A DNA stretch of 64,000 nt from Sphingobacteriia bacterium. Lineage in GTDB: Bacteria > Bacteroidota > Bacteroidia > Chitinophagales > Chitinophagaceae. Every line of letters starts with the position of its first letter. Within the stretch, counting starts at the first letter, position 1. The notes under the pieces are model-generated. The model saw nothing but the letters and a program-made list of their open reading frames with translations. It ran no database searches and had not been told where the DNA came from. Position numbers and translations under genes: made by a program. The stretch covers positions 121 to 64,120 of the forward strand of contig JANOZT010000013.1 in NCBI GenBank assembly GCA_031429515.1, read 5' to 3'. Positions 10,190 through 21,043 of this stretch are shown one piece after another.

Positions 10190-11527
10190 ATGTTTAAAAA
10201 AATATTAATTGCCAACAGGGGTGAAATTGCTTTACGTGTAATTAGAACCTGTAGAGAGATGGGTATTAAAACAGTGGCCGTGTATTCAACGGCTGACCGC
10301 GAAAGTTTGCATGTAAAATTTGCAGACGAAGCTGTTTGTATTGGTAAACCACAAAGTGCCGACTCTTATCTCAATATTGCCCATATAATGGCTGCTGCAG
10401 AAATTACCAACGCAGATGCCATTCATCCGGGATATGGATTCTTAGCAGAGAATGCCAAATTTTCACAGATTTGTGCCGATCATGGTATAAAATTTATTGG
10501 TCCTACTCCAGATATGATCAATAAAATGGGAGATAAAATAACTGCCAAGGAAACGATGATTAGGGCAGGAGTACCTGTTGTTCCCGGAGGACAAGGTTTG
10601 TTAGAGAGTATCGAACATGCCAAAACATCAGCTAAAGAAGTGGGCTATCCAGTTATTTTAAAAGCAACTGCTGGAGGTGGTGGAAAAGGTATGCGTGTTG
10701 TTTGGGAAGAAAGTGAAATAGAGAAAGCTTATACCACCGCAAAAATGGAAGCTGCAGCTTCATTTAAAAACGATGGCATCTACATGGAAAAATTTGTAGA
10801 AGAACCTCGTCATATCGAAATTCAAATTGCAGGAGATCAATACGGAAATGTTTGTCATTTAAGTGAGCGTGATTGTTCCATTCAAAGAAGACATCAAAAA
10901 TTAGTAGAAGAATCTCCATCACCTTTCATGACACCAGAATTACGTCAGAAAATGGGAGAGGCGGCAATTAAAGCAGCCTCAGCAATTAATTATGAAAGTG
11001 TTGGTACCATTGAGTTCTTGGTAGATAAGCATCGTAATTTTTATTTCATGGAAATGAATACTCGTATTCAAGTTGAACACTGTGTTACTGAAGAAGTAGT
11101 GAGTTTCGATTTGATTAAAGAGCAAATTAAAATTGCCATGGGTGAAAAAATTTCTGGCAAAAATTATGAACCAATGATGCATGCGATTGAATGTAGAATC
11201 AATGCAGAAGATCCATATAATGATTTCAGACCTTCACCAGGAAAGATCACCACTTTGTTTACACCTGGTGGTCATGGAGTTAGAGTAGACAGCCATGTCT
11301 ATGCTGGTTATGTAATTCCACCTTACTATGATTCTATGATTGGTAAATTAATTACAGTTGCACAAACAAGAGAAGAAGCGATCGATACCATGTACAGAGC
11401 ATTGAGTGAATATGTAATTGAAGGCATTAAAACCACCATCCCTTTTCATCTACAATTAATGCAAAATGAAGATTTTAGAAAGGGAAATTTCACCACTAAG
11501 TTTTTGGAATCATTCGAAATGAAATAA
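10190..11527 (+). CDS. accC: Acetyl-CoA carboxylase biotin carboxylase
   Basis: [45 protein letters not shown]. Confidence 0.98.
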   Translation: MFKKILIANRGEIALRVIRTCREMGIKTVAVYSTADRESLHVKFADEAVCIGKPQSADSYLNIAHIMAAAEITNADAIHPGYGFLAENAKFSQICADHGIKFIGPTPDMINKMGDKITAKETMIRAGVPVVPGGQGLLESIEHAKTSAKEVGYPVILKATAGGGGKGMRVVWEESEIEKAYTTAKMEAAASFKNDGIYMEKFVEEPRHIEIQIAGDQYGNVCHLSERDCSIQRRHQKLVEESPSPFMTPELRQKMGEAAIKAASAINYESVGTIEFLVDKHRNFYFMEMNTRIQVEHCVTEEVVSFDLIKEQIKIAMGEKISGKNYEPMMHAIECRINAEDPYNDFRPSPGKITTLFTPGGHGVRVDSHVYAGYVIPPYYDSMIGKLITVAQTREEAIDTMYRALSEYVIEGIKTTIPFHLQLMQNEDFRKGNFTTKFLESFEMK

Positions 11528-11572
11528 ACAACAAATTTCAAAAGGGATAAAATAATACGGACTAGTAAGCAT

Positions 11573-11603
11573 AAAAAAAATCCCGATAAATTGGGATTTT
11601 TTT
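11573..11603. terminator. Bidirectional terminator
   Basis: A8-TCCCGATAAATTGGGA-T7 between convergent accC and 11624 ORF. Confidence 0.7.
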
Positions 11604-11623
11604 ATTGGGGGATATTACAAAAA

Positions 11624-11995
11624 CTAAATTCCGCCGCCTCTTCCGCCACCAGGACGTTGCTGCGACATTGCTTCTATTACTTTTTTAGCTAATTCAGCTG
11701 GAAGTGCTTTTTCAATTCTTTTGTTACGTTCATCAGTAATCTCTTTCATTTTTGCAGGTCTGTCTGCTTCAGACATATCTCTTAATGCCATTTGTTTAGG
11801 ACGCATATCGTTGGTGATTGCAATCAATGAATCACATTGAACATCATTGCAACCCATTCCTTTATAACGTTCTTTCATCATTGCTGTTCTTTGTTCTGGA
11901 GTCATTTGTCCACCGCCTCCTGCAGGAGGTTGTGCTATCAATGTAGTTAATGAGCAACAAAGTGCAATTGTTAATAATCCAAATACTTTTTTCAT
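11624..11995 (-). CDS. Small secreted helical protein (Spy/CpxP- or DUF4890-like)
   Basis: Start re-assigned to ATG 11995 (MKKVFG signal peptide); MTPEQRTAMMKER, helical Met/Glu/Lys-rich body, Gly/Arg tail. Confidence 0.65.
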   Translation of the reverse strand: MKKVFGLLTIALCCSLTTLIAQPPAGGGGQMTPEQRTAMMKERYKGMGCNDVQCDSLIAITNDMRPKQMALRDMSEADRPAKMKEITDERNKRIEKALPAELAKKVIEAMSQQRPGGGRGGGI

Positions 11996-12017
11996 GTGTT
12001 TTATTTTTATGTAAAAC

Positions 12018-12051
12018 AAAATAGTGGATTTTTTAGGGTCCACTATTTTTT
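12018..12051 (-). terminator. Intrinsic terminator after glutamine synthetase
   Basis: 11-bp stem AAAATAGTGGA/TCCACTATTTT. Confidence 0.7.
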
Positions 12052-12085
12052 ATCGGTAAAATTTAAGTTAAAGTCGGCACAGAGA

Positions 12086-14278
12086 TTATCTTAGGAACAA
12101 CATCTCTCTGTATTTTGGCAAAGTCCATGTTTCGTCGTCCACCAATTGTTCTAATTTATCTACATGGTAACGGATTTCGTCGAAGAAAGCAGATTTAACT
12201 TGACTTTCATAAGCAATGGCTTTTGTGCGAGTGTTTTCGATATTGTTCACAATTTTTCTTGCTTCAACCATACCATGAACTTTGGTATGAATTACTTGAA
12301 TATGCTCACTTACTTCTTTTAGAATGGATAATTGACTTGCATATGAAGACTCAGGTAATCCAGCAGATTTTAACCCATTAACGTTGGTCAATAAATCATT
12401 CTGGTATTTAATTGCAGAAGGCAATATATGGTTGATAGCTAAATCGCCCATAATTCTTGCTTCAATTTGCACCTTCTTGATGTATTTCTCTAATTCAATT
12501 TCATGACGAGCTTCTAGTTCAGTATGAGAATACACATTATTGGTTTCAAATAAATGCTTTGCTTTATCTGTAACCATTGCATCTAAAGCAACTGGAGTAG
12601 TTTTTAAATTAGGTAAACCTCTGCGTTCTGCTTCATGATGCCACTCATCGCTGTAACCATCTCCTTCGAATAATACTTTTTTACTTTCTACAATGTATTT
12701 CTGAATTACATGCATAATAGCAATTTCTTTTTTATCACCTTTTTCAATCAATGTATCTACATCTAGTTTGAATTTTCTCAAAGTATCTGCAACAATCGTA
12801 TTTAATACGGTCATAGAGATGGCGCAGTTTGCTGAAGAACCTACTGCACGGAATTCAAATTTATTTCCAGTAAAAGCAAAAGGAGATGTTCTGTTACGAT
12901 CTGTATTGTCTAGCATCAATTCAGGAATACTACGATGTAAATCTAATTTTAAGATAGCTTCGTCTTGTTCATCAAATTTATGTCCCACTCTTGTTTCAAC
13001 ATCAGCTAATACCTTGGCTAAATATTGACCCACAAAAACTGAAATGATTGCAGGAGGAGCTTCATTGGCACCTAAACGATGATCGTTAGGAGCAGATGCA
13101 ATTGCTGCACGTAAAATATCGGCATAATCATGAACTGCTTTAATAGTGTTCACAAAGAAAGTAAGGAACATCAAATTGGTCTTTGGCGTTTTTCCTGGTG
13201 CTAATAAATTCACACCTGTATCAGTTGCCATACTCCAGTTATTATGCTTACCACTTCCATTAATACCAGCAAATGGTTTTTCATGTAATAATACAACGAG
13301 CTTATGTCTTTTAGCAACTCGACTCATAACATCCATCAAAAGGGTATTATGGTCTACAGCAATATTTACTTCTTCAAAAATCGGAGCACACTCAAATTGA
13401 GCAGGAGCAACTTCATTGTGGCGGGTTCTTAAAGGAATGCCTAATTTATATGCTTCGGCTTCGTAGTCGCGCATAAAAGCATACACTCTTTCAGGAATAG
13501 ATCCAAAATAATGATCTTCTAACTGTTGACCTTTCGCTGGAGCAGCACCAAATACGGTTCTTCCACTTTGCACTAAATCGGGGCGAGCGTTTGCCAAAGC
13601 TTCGTCAATTACAAAGTATTCTTGTTCCCAGCCCAAAGTAGCAGTTACTTTAGTAACATTCTTATCGAAATAATTGCATACTTCAACAGCAGATTTATTC
13701 AAAGACTCTAAAGCTTTTAATAAAGGAGCTTTGTAATCTAAAGATTCACCTGTATAAGAAACGAAAATAGTTGGAATACACAATGTTCTTCCATCACCCG
13801 TTTCAATGATAAAAGCAGGAGAAGAAGGATCCCATGCAGTATAACCACGAGCTTCGAAAGTAGCTCTTAATCCACCACTCGGAAATGAAGATGCATCAGG
13901 TTCTTGTTGAATTAATGCAGCACCGTCAAATTCTTCGATTGCAGTTCCATCACTTTTTAAAGTGAAAAACGAATCATGCTTTTCTGCTGTGGTTCCTGTT
14001 AACGGCTGAAACCAGTGTGTATAGTGAGTAACGCCTTTGCTCTCTGCCCATGCCCTAATACCATTGGCAATCTGACTTGCTACATTTCTATCAATTTTTT
14101 TCCCACCACGAATGCTGGTAGTTAAACTTTTATAAGCTTCATCACTTAAAAATTCACGTGCGGTTTTAAGCGTAAACACACTTTCTCCGAAAATTCCTGT
14201 AATTTTTGTACTAGGTTTTGAGGCAATCCCTTCATTTTCTTTGGAGATGTTGCTAATTGCATTAAATCTTAAAGACAT
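12086..14278 (-). CDS. glnN: Glutamine synthetase type III
   Basis: THWFQPLTG.TAEKHDSF, EPDASSFPSGGLR.TFEARGY, HEKPFAGINGSGKHNNWS, DRNRTSPFAFTGNKFEFRA; 730 aa. Confidence 0.95.
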   Translation of the reverse strand: MSLRFNAISNISKENEGIASKPSTKITGIFGESVFTLKTAREFLSDEAYKSLTTSIRGGKKIDRNVASQIANGIRAWAESKGVTHYTHWFQPLTGTTAEKHDSFFTLKSDGTAIEEFDGAALIQQEPDASSFPSGGLRATFEARGYTAWDPSSPAFIIETGDGRTLCIPTIFVSYTGESLDYKAPLLKALESLNKSAVEVCNYFDKNVTKVTATLGWEQEYFVIDEALANARPDLVQSGRTVFGAAPAKGQQLEDHYFGSIPERVYAFMRDYEAEAYKLGIPLRTRHNEVAPAQFECAPIFEEVNIAVDHNTLLMDVMSRVAKRHKLVVLLHEKPFAGINGSGKHNNWSMATDTGVNLLAPGKTPKTNLMFLTFFVNTIKAVHDYADILRAAIASAPNDHRLGANEAPPAIISVFVGQYLAKVLADVETRVGHKFDEQDEAILKLDLHRSIPELMLDNTDRNRTSPFAFTGNKFEFRAVGSSANCAISMTVLNTIVADTLRKFKLDVDTLIEKGDKKEIAIMHVIQKYIVESKKVLFEGDGYSDEWHHEAERRGLPNLKTTPVALDAMVTDKAKHLFETNNVYSHTELEARHEIELEKYIKKVQIEARIMGDLAINHILPSAIKYQNDLLTNVNGLKSAGLPESSYASQLSILKEVSEHIQVIHTKVHGMVEARKIVNNIENTRTKAIAYESQVKSAFFDEIRYHVDKLEQLVDDETWTLPKYREMLFLR

Positions 14279-14448
14279 AAGTTTTTCTGTTTTTTCTACT
14301 CCAAAATAAAGCTTTTTAAATTAAACCGTCAACTTCTGACGAGGGAAAATCGGTTTTTGGGCATAAAAAGGGTAAAATAAATACATATAATTTATTATAA
14401 TTTGATAGCAGTTTTGTTAGACCAATTTCATGAAACGTATGGACATTA

Positions 14449-14474
14449 AAAAAGCGCCCCAATTGGAGCGCTTT
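14449..14474 (-). terminator. Intrinsic terminator after the 1403-aa T9SS cargo gene
   Basis: On minus strand AAAGCGCTCCAATTGGGGCGCTTTTTT. Confidence 0.7.
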
Positions 14475-14494
14475 GTATGCTAATAGAGTTTGTA

Positions 14495-17400
14495 TTAATC
14501 TTTACCCATTACCAATCTGGTAGCTTTGTATTTTACATTGCTTCCATCAAGACTAATGATATACACTTTTTGACCTTTGTTGATGTTCACATTAACTGGT
14601 ACAGCGTTTTCTCCTTTTGTAGCATTTACTGATTGACTCATTATTACATTACCAGTTCCAGCTTCTGTAACTTTTAAAGTAAGCGAGTAATCTTTATCTG
14701 CTTTAAACTTAAGGTTAAATGTTCCTTTAGAAGGATTAGGATATGCAGTAATATCTTTTGCAGATAAACTTCTGATATAGCCTATATCTTCTTTTGTAAA
14801 TGAAACATTGCTTAATGAAACTTCAACATTGGTATTTTTTCCAGCTGAAGTAGCTCCTAATGCAACAATCAAGGTAGTGATGTCTTTAGGATCGATTGAT
14901 TTATTAGAACCAGCAGATTTAAAGTCGCTTAATGGGATCAAGAAATCTGTCGCATCTTTATTTACAGCGAACTGATAAGTGTATTGATCAGCCCAATTTG
15001 TAATTGATTGTTTTACCAATGTTACTGTTAAAACCGAATTTCCAGCTGCAGTGATTTTCAGTGTTTTGAATGCACTTAGATCCTGTGCTGCACCACCACC
15101 TCTAAGTAATTTATATACTCCAATAAAGTCGGGAGTAGTTGCACTTACATCTACATTTCTGAAAAGATGGAATTCATCTTTAACTAATTGTGCAGTGCTA
15201 TTCTTTACATCAAATTTCTTAACACTTGTTGTATTGGTATTATAATCAACACCCCAAGATCCATCAGCCATAAATACTTCATCTTGCACAACTCCATTCA
15301 TATATAATTTAATGGTTGATTCATACAAGTCTCCAGTTTGAAGAGATATAGTTGTTTTACCATTGGCATTTACTGTGAAAGGAACCGTTCTTTTTGTATA
15401 AACAGTAGTGTTTTCAGTTGCTCTATCTGCCACTTCAAAATAACCACTTGTTCCTGCAGTTAAGTTATTAATGGTCATGCTAAGATTGTCTTCTACACGT
15501 TTACCTTCAGTAATATAAGTTTTTGGTAAACCAGCATTGCTCTTGATTTCATTAACTGGTAATCCAGCAGTTAAACGAGTGATGATATCAGCAGCCATAT
15601 CTGTTGCAAGAACAGGAGAACCACCCCAAAGTTGAATATTGTACATTGTTTCATCAACAGTATAATCTTTATTCAACCAATTGGATTGTATGGTATAACT
15701 ATTTCTTCCAGATTTTGCACCTATGATAAAGCTCATTGCATATTCAATATTACCATCGTTGTTTCTTAAGTTATATTGAACCATATTGATACCTTTTACG
15801 GTAACGTTTTGCATTGCTACTAATTCATATCCTTTCAAACGATCACAAATTGCTTTGGTATGATCGTACACTTCACCTTGAGTTTGAGTGCCAAATGCAA
15901 CCGCTTTAGGAGTATTTTCATTAACGAAGTCAATCGATAATACATCTTTAGCGTTGGTAATTCCAATCAGGTCTTTAGGTGTAGAAACAAAAGATTTAAA
16001 ATTGTAATTGACCAATTGACGAGGAAGAATATCAGACAATTTCAACTGAGATCCAGTTGCATTACTAACGATATTTCCTTTTCTTTCAGCGGATGGCATT
16101 TTACTATAATCAGCTGTTGCTGGAGTACTGTTAATGGCTTTATTGTAAACCCGAAGCGCAATTGCATCGCCTAAGCTTTTACTTTCAACTCCACCGCCAC
16201 CGCCACCACCAACTGAACCTGCAGTTGCAAATCCAAAATCGTAGCTATGGTTATTGGCACCGGAAACACCTGTAGTCATCATTATTGCAGAACGTTTATC
16301 TGTGCCTGCTAAACTCCATGCACTTCCGTCATTGTCTCTTTCATCTGCATTAGGATCTACTCCACCATTATTAGTCAGTGTAATATCATATCCACTCAAT
16401 GGAGCTTGTAATGGTGGTGCTCCTCCATCAAGACCATATATAGAAATAGTAAAGTCTGTATTAGGAGTAAGTTGTGTTAAACCATATTTCTCCGAAGCTG
16501 TTGAAGGTCTAGTAACACTTGGGTCTGAAGAAAATATATAATTTCCGTTTGCATCCGTTACGGCTGAAGCAATTAATGTATAAGCCGAACCTGGTCCAAC
16601 ATATTTAAGTAATTCAACAGTTACTCCTGCTATTCCATTTTCATCCGCATCTTGCACACCATTAGCATTCGCATCAAACCAAACACGGTTTCCAATTTCA
16701 ATTGGAGCTGGTGCAGAAATAATTTCTAAATCTCCTAAACCATTGGCTTTACCAAAAAATTCTACACTTCCACCTTCGTATAAAACTTTACCTGCTTTAG
16801 CAATACCATCTTGAGTAGAATAATATCGAACACCACCAGTATACCAGTTGGTAATAGGGTCAAAAGCAGTTGCAACTAATTCTTTACCTGGAAACATTGC
16901 AATACTACCAGTGCTGGTTTCTTCATGAGAAACACCACCATTAGTACCGTTAGCTGTATTGCCAATTCCCAAAGCACCACCTTGACCATTTTCATAACGA
17001 TCTGTGAAGAAAAACTCTCCACCGCCAGGGCCTTCATTGTTGCCAGCACCATTGGTAGTTATACTTCCACTCGTGCCATTACTTTCTAAAGTGAAGCTGG
17101 TATATGTTCCATTATTTGCAGCTTTTAAAATATCTCCAGCAGCATTTGATGTATACAAAGTGTTATTACCCATGCTTGTTGGAGCTAAATTCTGATTTCC
17201 GGATTGATGCCCAGATCTATCAGTAATGCCCAACATCATTGCACCATCAGCAGGATCAAATTCCAAAGAACTCAACATAGGTTGAGGATAAATAATTTTA
17301 TCTGATCCTGGAGGAATAACTGCTTCTGTAAAATTTCTAGCCCATGGATGCCATGAACCTTGGCACAATGTTGCTGCAGCTATTGTTCCATTTGGATCAA

Positions 17401-18706
17401 CGTAGTTAGAATTTTTATTTACTCCAAAACCAGTATTCATATTGGCTCTACGCTGATAGGTTAGTGGTGCATCTAATACGGTTGTAAACGTTTCTGTTCC
17501 GGGTGTAACGGTTGCACTCACTTTTAACACTACTGCTTTCAACTCAGATCTATTCACTGAAGAATTATCTGGTTTTACACCATCTAATACACCGCCTACA
17601 TAAATAGCACCTCTATAAAACTTAACTGCAAATGGTCTGAATGTGCTGTTACCAGCAGCTACAGGAAATGCATTATAAGCTACAATTTGAGAAGCTAAGG
17701 TTGGAGCAGTTCCATTAGTACCAATATCGACTCTCCATAATTTTTTATCATTTAAGTTGATGATGTATAAATATCTTCCATCATCAGAAATAGCCATTCC
17801 TCCCATGCCTTTTTTGCCTACTTCATCAAATACATTGCCACCAGTCATATCATCTCTATTGGCTTGGTTTCTAGCCTGATTACCAGGAGCAAAAGATCTG
17901 CCAGGCAAAGAGCCTGCGTCAAATGCTGGATTGATCGCATTTAAGTTAACAAAATTTCCAGTGTTGGTTTTAGTTGTTATTGCTTTTGCTCCAGTAGTAA
18001 CATAAATTCCATTCATGCCAAGAGGTCCAAGCGATACATGTCTTTTTACAAAAGCAGCATAAAATAATTTATCTGCTTTTCTACTATAAGCTGTGGCCCA
18101 AACTGAACCAGTTTGTCCCATATCGCTAATCACATTGGCAGCTGCGCCACTTCCATAATTAAAAGCATAAGTATTATCTGCACCAGATGCTGCTGGCCAT
18201 GCACCAGGAACTTGGTTATTACCGTTAGTATAGGATGGTACAACAATTCTTGCAGTTGCAGATTCAATATAATCACCAGGATAATTGATAGCAAAATTTG
18301 ACGTAATAGAAGGAGCTGTTACAAACTGAACACTTGTTTTATTATTTGTACCGTATGCTCCGGGATAATCTTCAGACATCCATCCGGTAAATTCTAAGCG
18401 TACTTTAGTTGCTGCAGAAATTTGACCTGAAGTAAAACTATAGTTGCCATTTGCACCAGATGTTGTAGTTGCTAATAAAGTGCCAGATGCATTATATGCA
18501 TTTACTGTAACTCCAGCAGCACCAGGTTCGTTGTAGCCAACGCCTGTTTCTTTAGTACCAGAAGCATTATAATCTCTAAAAACATTTCCACTGACTTGCG
18601 CGGAAAGTTCTGAAGAGCTAAAGGCAAAAACACATAAGGCAATAGCAATGCCTAATGATTTTTTTGCATTAATAATAATTGAGTAAATTTTTTTCATATA
18701 GTACAT
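14495..18706 (-). CDS. T9SS cargo: SdrD B-like domains + propeller-like region + shared C-terminal module + type A CTD
   Basis: Signal peptide ending AQ; [20 protein letters not shown] and [29 protein letters not shown] (SdrD_B-like); C-terminal AYPNPSKG...GEN CTD. Confidence 0.85.
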   Translation of the reverse strand: MYYMKKIYSIIINAKKSLGIAIALCVFAFSSSELSAQVSGNVFRDYNASGTKETGVGYNEPGAAGVTVNAYNASGTLLATTTSGANGNYSFTSGQISAATKVRLEFTGWMSEDYPGAYGTNNKTSVQFVTAPSITSNFAINYPGDYIESATARIVVPSYTNGNNQVPGAWPAASGADNTYAFNYGSGAAANVISDMGQTGSVWATAYSRKADKLFYAAFVKRHVSLGPLGMNGIYVTTGAKAITTKTNTGNFVNLNAINPAFDAGSLPGRSFAPGNQARNQANRDDMTGGNVFDEVGKKGMGGMAISDDGRYLYIINLNDKKLWRVDIGTNGTAPTLASQIVAYNAFPVAAGNSTFRPFAVKFYRGAIYVGGVLDGVKPDNSSVNRSELKAVVLKVSATVTPGTETFTTVLDAPLTYQRRANMNTGFGVNKNSNYVDPNGTIAAATLCQGSWHPWARNFTEAVIPPGSDKIIYPQPMLSSLEFDPADGAMMLGITDRSGHQSGNQNLAPTSMGNNTLYTSNAAGDILKAANNGTYTSFTLESNGTSGSITTNGAGNNEGPGGGEFFFTDRYENGQGGALGIGNTANGTNGGVSHEETSTGSIAMFPGKELVATAFDPITNWYTGGVRYYSTQDGIAKAGKVLYEGGSVEFFGKANGLGDLEIISAPAPIEIGNRVWFDANANGVQDADENGIAGVTVELLKYVGPGSAYTLIASAVTDANGNYIFSSDPSVTRPSTASEKYGLTQLTPNTDFTISIYGLDGGAPPLQAPLSGYDITLTNNGGVDPNADERDNDGSAWSLAGTDKRSAIMMTTGVSGANNHSYDFGFATAGSVGGGGGGGVESKSLGDAIALRVYNKAINSTPATADYSKMPSAERKGNIVSNATGSQLKLSDILPRQLVNYNFKSFVSTPKDLIGITNAKDVLSIDFVNENTPKAVAFGTQTQGEVYDHTKAICDRLKGYELVAMQNVTVKGINMVQYNLRNNDGNIEYAMSFIIGAKSGRNSYTIQSNWLNKDYTVDETMYNIQLWGGSPVLATDMAADIITRLTAGLPVNEIKSNAGLPKTYITEGKRVEDNLSMTINNLTAGTSGYFEVADRATENTTVYTKRTVPFTVNANGKTTISLQTGDLYESTIKLYMNGVVQDEVFMADGSWGVDYNTNTTSVKKFDVKNSTAQLVKDEFHLFRNVDVSATTPDFIGVYKLLRGGGAAQDLSAFKTLKITAAGNSVLTVTLVKQSITNWADQYTYQFAVNKDATDFLIPLSDFKSAGSNKSIDPKDITTLIVALGATSAGKNTNVEVSLSNVSFTKEDIGYIRSLSAKDITAYPNPSKGTFNLKFKADKDYSLTLKVTEAGTGNVIMSQSVNATKGENAVPVNVNINKGQKVYIISLDGSNVKYKATRLVMGKD

Positions 18707-18874
18707 TTATGATTGAACCCTTGTATAAAATAGTACGGAACGTGTTTTTTTAACAATATTGTGTAAGTGAAAAAACAATTCTTGTAGTATATACTCTACA
18801 CACAACGTAAAAGTAACGAAATTTCTCGAAAAATACACTGTTTGCATATGCTAAAATCCTTACTGAGCAAGACG

Positions 18875-18894
18875 TATACCAACTAGTTTGTATA
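18875..18894. promoter_or_regulatory. 20-bp palindrome TATACCAACTAGTTTGTATA, candidate response-regulator operator
   Basis: 9 of 10 pairs complementary; close copy at 26249-26264. Confidence 0.6.
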
Positions 18895-18985
18895 TTTAGG
18901 TGTTAAATTTTAACCGATTTCAATTTTTTTAAAAGTTTTTTTTGAATATTTAATTTAAATTTACTTGCTGTACATTATAAAACAA

Positions 18986-19978
18986 ATGAATACACATTTT
19001 AATAAAAACAAATATGTCAAAGCGTCGAGTTTTCGATCATATGTAAATTTATTTACAAGTATCAATATTATTTTTCTGTGTTTTTTCATAATTCCCAACA
19101 ACTTGGTAGCACAATCTGCCATTAAGCCCTGCCAAAAGGAGCCAGATTTCATAAAATCTTTGGGATTTGATCCTTTGTGGACAGCATTAAGCACCAGTGA
19201 AAAAAAGCTCACTGGAATTGCTTTGATTGAATTTGAACAGATGGAAGGTCAAAAATCGCCTTCTCCAACAAATCCCAAAAAAACGGTGTATCAAGCTCCT
19301 TCATGGAAATCATTCGGCTATCTTTCCTCGATTGCTTTTGATATTAATGGCAATGCGTATACCATACCAACTCCTTTGATTTCCATGTTGTATAATCCTA
19401 TTGAAAAATTGAATACGATTTATCGATTGGATCAATACACCGGAGTATTGAATGAATGGTTGAATCTTCCGATTAATTCAAAAACAACCACTCGTAATCC
19501 TTTTGGATTATTGGGTATCACTTATGATTGTACTGCTAATATTTTGATTGCATCTACTGTAGCTGGCTCTGATCGATATCAAGAAAAAGGAATGATATTT
19601 TTGATCAATCCAAACACCCAAAAAATCATTGATACTTTAATGCATAAAGATGCAATAGGTCTCAATGTTGCTTTCGACGAAAATAAACAAAAACGATTGT
19701 ATATTGGAAGTGCAAGAAATGGAAATATCATTTCTATTCCAATCAATGCTCAAGGCCAATTAGTAAAGTCTAAATTGCGAAAAGAGCTTAGCTTGCAAGG
19801 GTTTGGGCCTAGAGGCGATGATAAAGCAAGAAAAATAAAAATGGTAGAGGGAGCGCTGATTATTAGTGGTGTTGCATTTAATTATAACTTACAAGCTTCT
19901 AGTGAAAAACCAGAAACAGTATACACTTTTAAGTGGAATACTTCTGCCAAAAACTGGGACTTGATTGACTATAAATAA
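18986..19978 (+). CDS. Secreted hypothetical protein, probable beta-propeller
   Basis: Hydrophobic leader ending LVAQ; repeated strand motifs (SIAFDINGNAYT, GITYDCTANILIAS, GLNVAFDEN..RLYIGS); start 18986 (ATG) or 18965 (TTG). Confidence 0.65.
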   Translation: MNTHFNKNKYVKASSFRSYVNLFTSINIIFLCFFIIPNNLVAQSAIKPCQKEPDFIKSLGFDPLWTALSTSEKKLTGIALIEFEQMEGQKSPSPTNPKKTVYQAPSWKSFGYLSSIAFDINGNAYTIPTPLISMLYNPIEKLNTIYRLDQYTGVLNEWLNLPINSKTTTRNPFGLLGITYDCTANILIASTVAGSDRYQEKGMIFLINPNTQKIIDTLMHKDAIGLNVAFDENKQKRLYIGSARNGNIISIPINAQGQLVKSKLRKELSLQGFGPRGDDKARKIKMVEGALIISGVAFNYNLQASSEKPETVYTFKWNTSAKNWDLIDYK

Positions 19979-19982
19979 GGCT

Positions 19983-21041
19983 ATGAAAAAGCAATGGAGC
20001 ATATTATTTTTTTTGGTGCTAATTATTTTTTCTTCCCTCTTTATTGACCAATTATTTTCTACTCCTATTCATTCTTCCAGTAATTCAAAAATCATTTTAG
20101 GCAGGTATTTATTCTTTGATAATCAATTGTCTTACAATCAAACAAAGTCTTGTGCTTCTTGTCATGATCCACAATTTGCATTTTCAGATGGGTATAGAAA
20201 ATCAGTTGGAGCAGATGGAGAAAATCTTACAAGAAATGCCCCTTCACTTTTAAATACTAAATACTTAAAAGCACTCACATGGGGGGATAGTTCTATTCAT
20301 GAATTTTATCAACAAATGAATTTTCCATTATTTAATGAACACCCAAAAGAATTGGGATGGACCAATAATGAATCGGAAATAATCAACCGTTTTAAATTAG
20401 ACCCTTTTTACCAAACCCTTTTCAGTAACGCATTTCCAAAGGAAAAAAATCCTTTTTCAACATTTTTTTTCCAAGAAGCCATTGCAGCTTTTGAAAATCA
20501 ATTACAATCTCAGAATAGTCCATATGATCAATATGTAAAAGGCAATAAAGATGCGATGAATGAAAAAGCAATCAATGGGTTAGCATTATTTAATTCCGCA
20601 AGTTTGGGATGTTTTAAATGCCATTCCTTGAATGTATCTCAACAACAATTATTGTATGCTAATACTGGTTTGTATAATCTAGATGAAGTTGGATCATACC
20701 CATCTTCAGACCAAGGGCTATATGAAATAACTAAAAACACCAACGACAAAGGCAAGTTTCGTGTGCCCTCATTGAGGAATATAATGCTAACAGCACCCTA
20801 CACACATGATGGTTCTGTTGAAACAATCCAACAAATGATTTATATTTATAAAAGAGGAGGTCGCTTAATTGAAGCGAAAGAAAACAAAGGGGATGGTCAT
20901 AACAATAAAAATAAATCTAGTTTAATAAAAGGCTTTACTTTATCAGATAAAGAGCAAACAGAATTAATTGAATTTCTTGCAGCTTTAACCGATACTAGCT
21001 ACTTAAGAAATAAGCAATTAATGAATCCTTTCAATAAATAA
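19983..21041 (+). CDS. Di-heme cytochrome c peroxidase-family enzyme, MbnH/MauG-like
   Basis: LGRYLFFD..LS, CASCH (20151-20165), CFKCH (20610-20624), NTGLYNLD..G.YP, GKFRVPSLRN..LTAPYTHDGS, GGR.I...GDG..N..KS..I.GF.L; N-terminal signal/anchor. Confidence 0.9.
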   Translation: MKKQWSILFFLVLIIFSSLFIDQLFSTPIHSSSNSKIILGRYLFFDNQLSYNQTKSCASCHDPQFAFSDGYRKSVGADGENLTRNAPSLLNTKYLKALTWGDSSIHEFYQQMNFPLFNEHPKELGWTNNESEIINRFKLDPFYQTLFSNAFPKEKNPFSTFFFQEAIAAFENQLQSQNSPYDQYVKGNKDAMNEKAINGLALFNSASLGCFKCHSLNVSQQQLLYANTGLYNLDEVGSYPSSDQGLYEITKNTNDKGKFRVPSLRNIMLTAPYTHDGSVETIQQMIYIYKRGGRLIEAKENKGDGHNNKNKSSLIKGFTLSDKEQTELIEFLAALTDTSYLRNKQLMNPFNK

Positions 21042-21043
21042 TA

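Noticed and set aside
11996-12043. Upstream start of the 139-aa ORF
   Set aside because: Lies inside the GSIII terminator hairpin; the signal peptide begins at 11995
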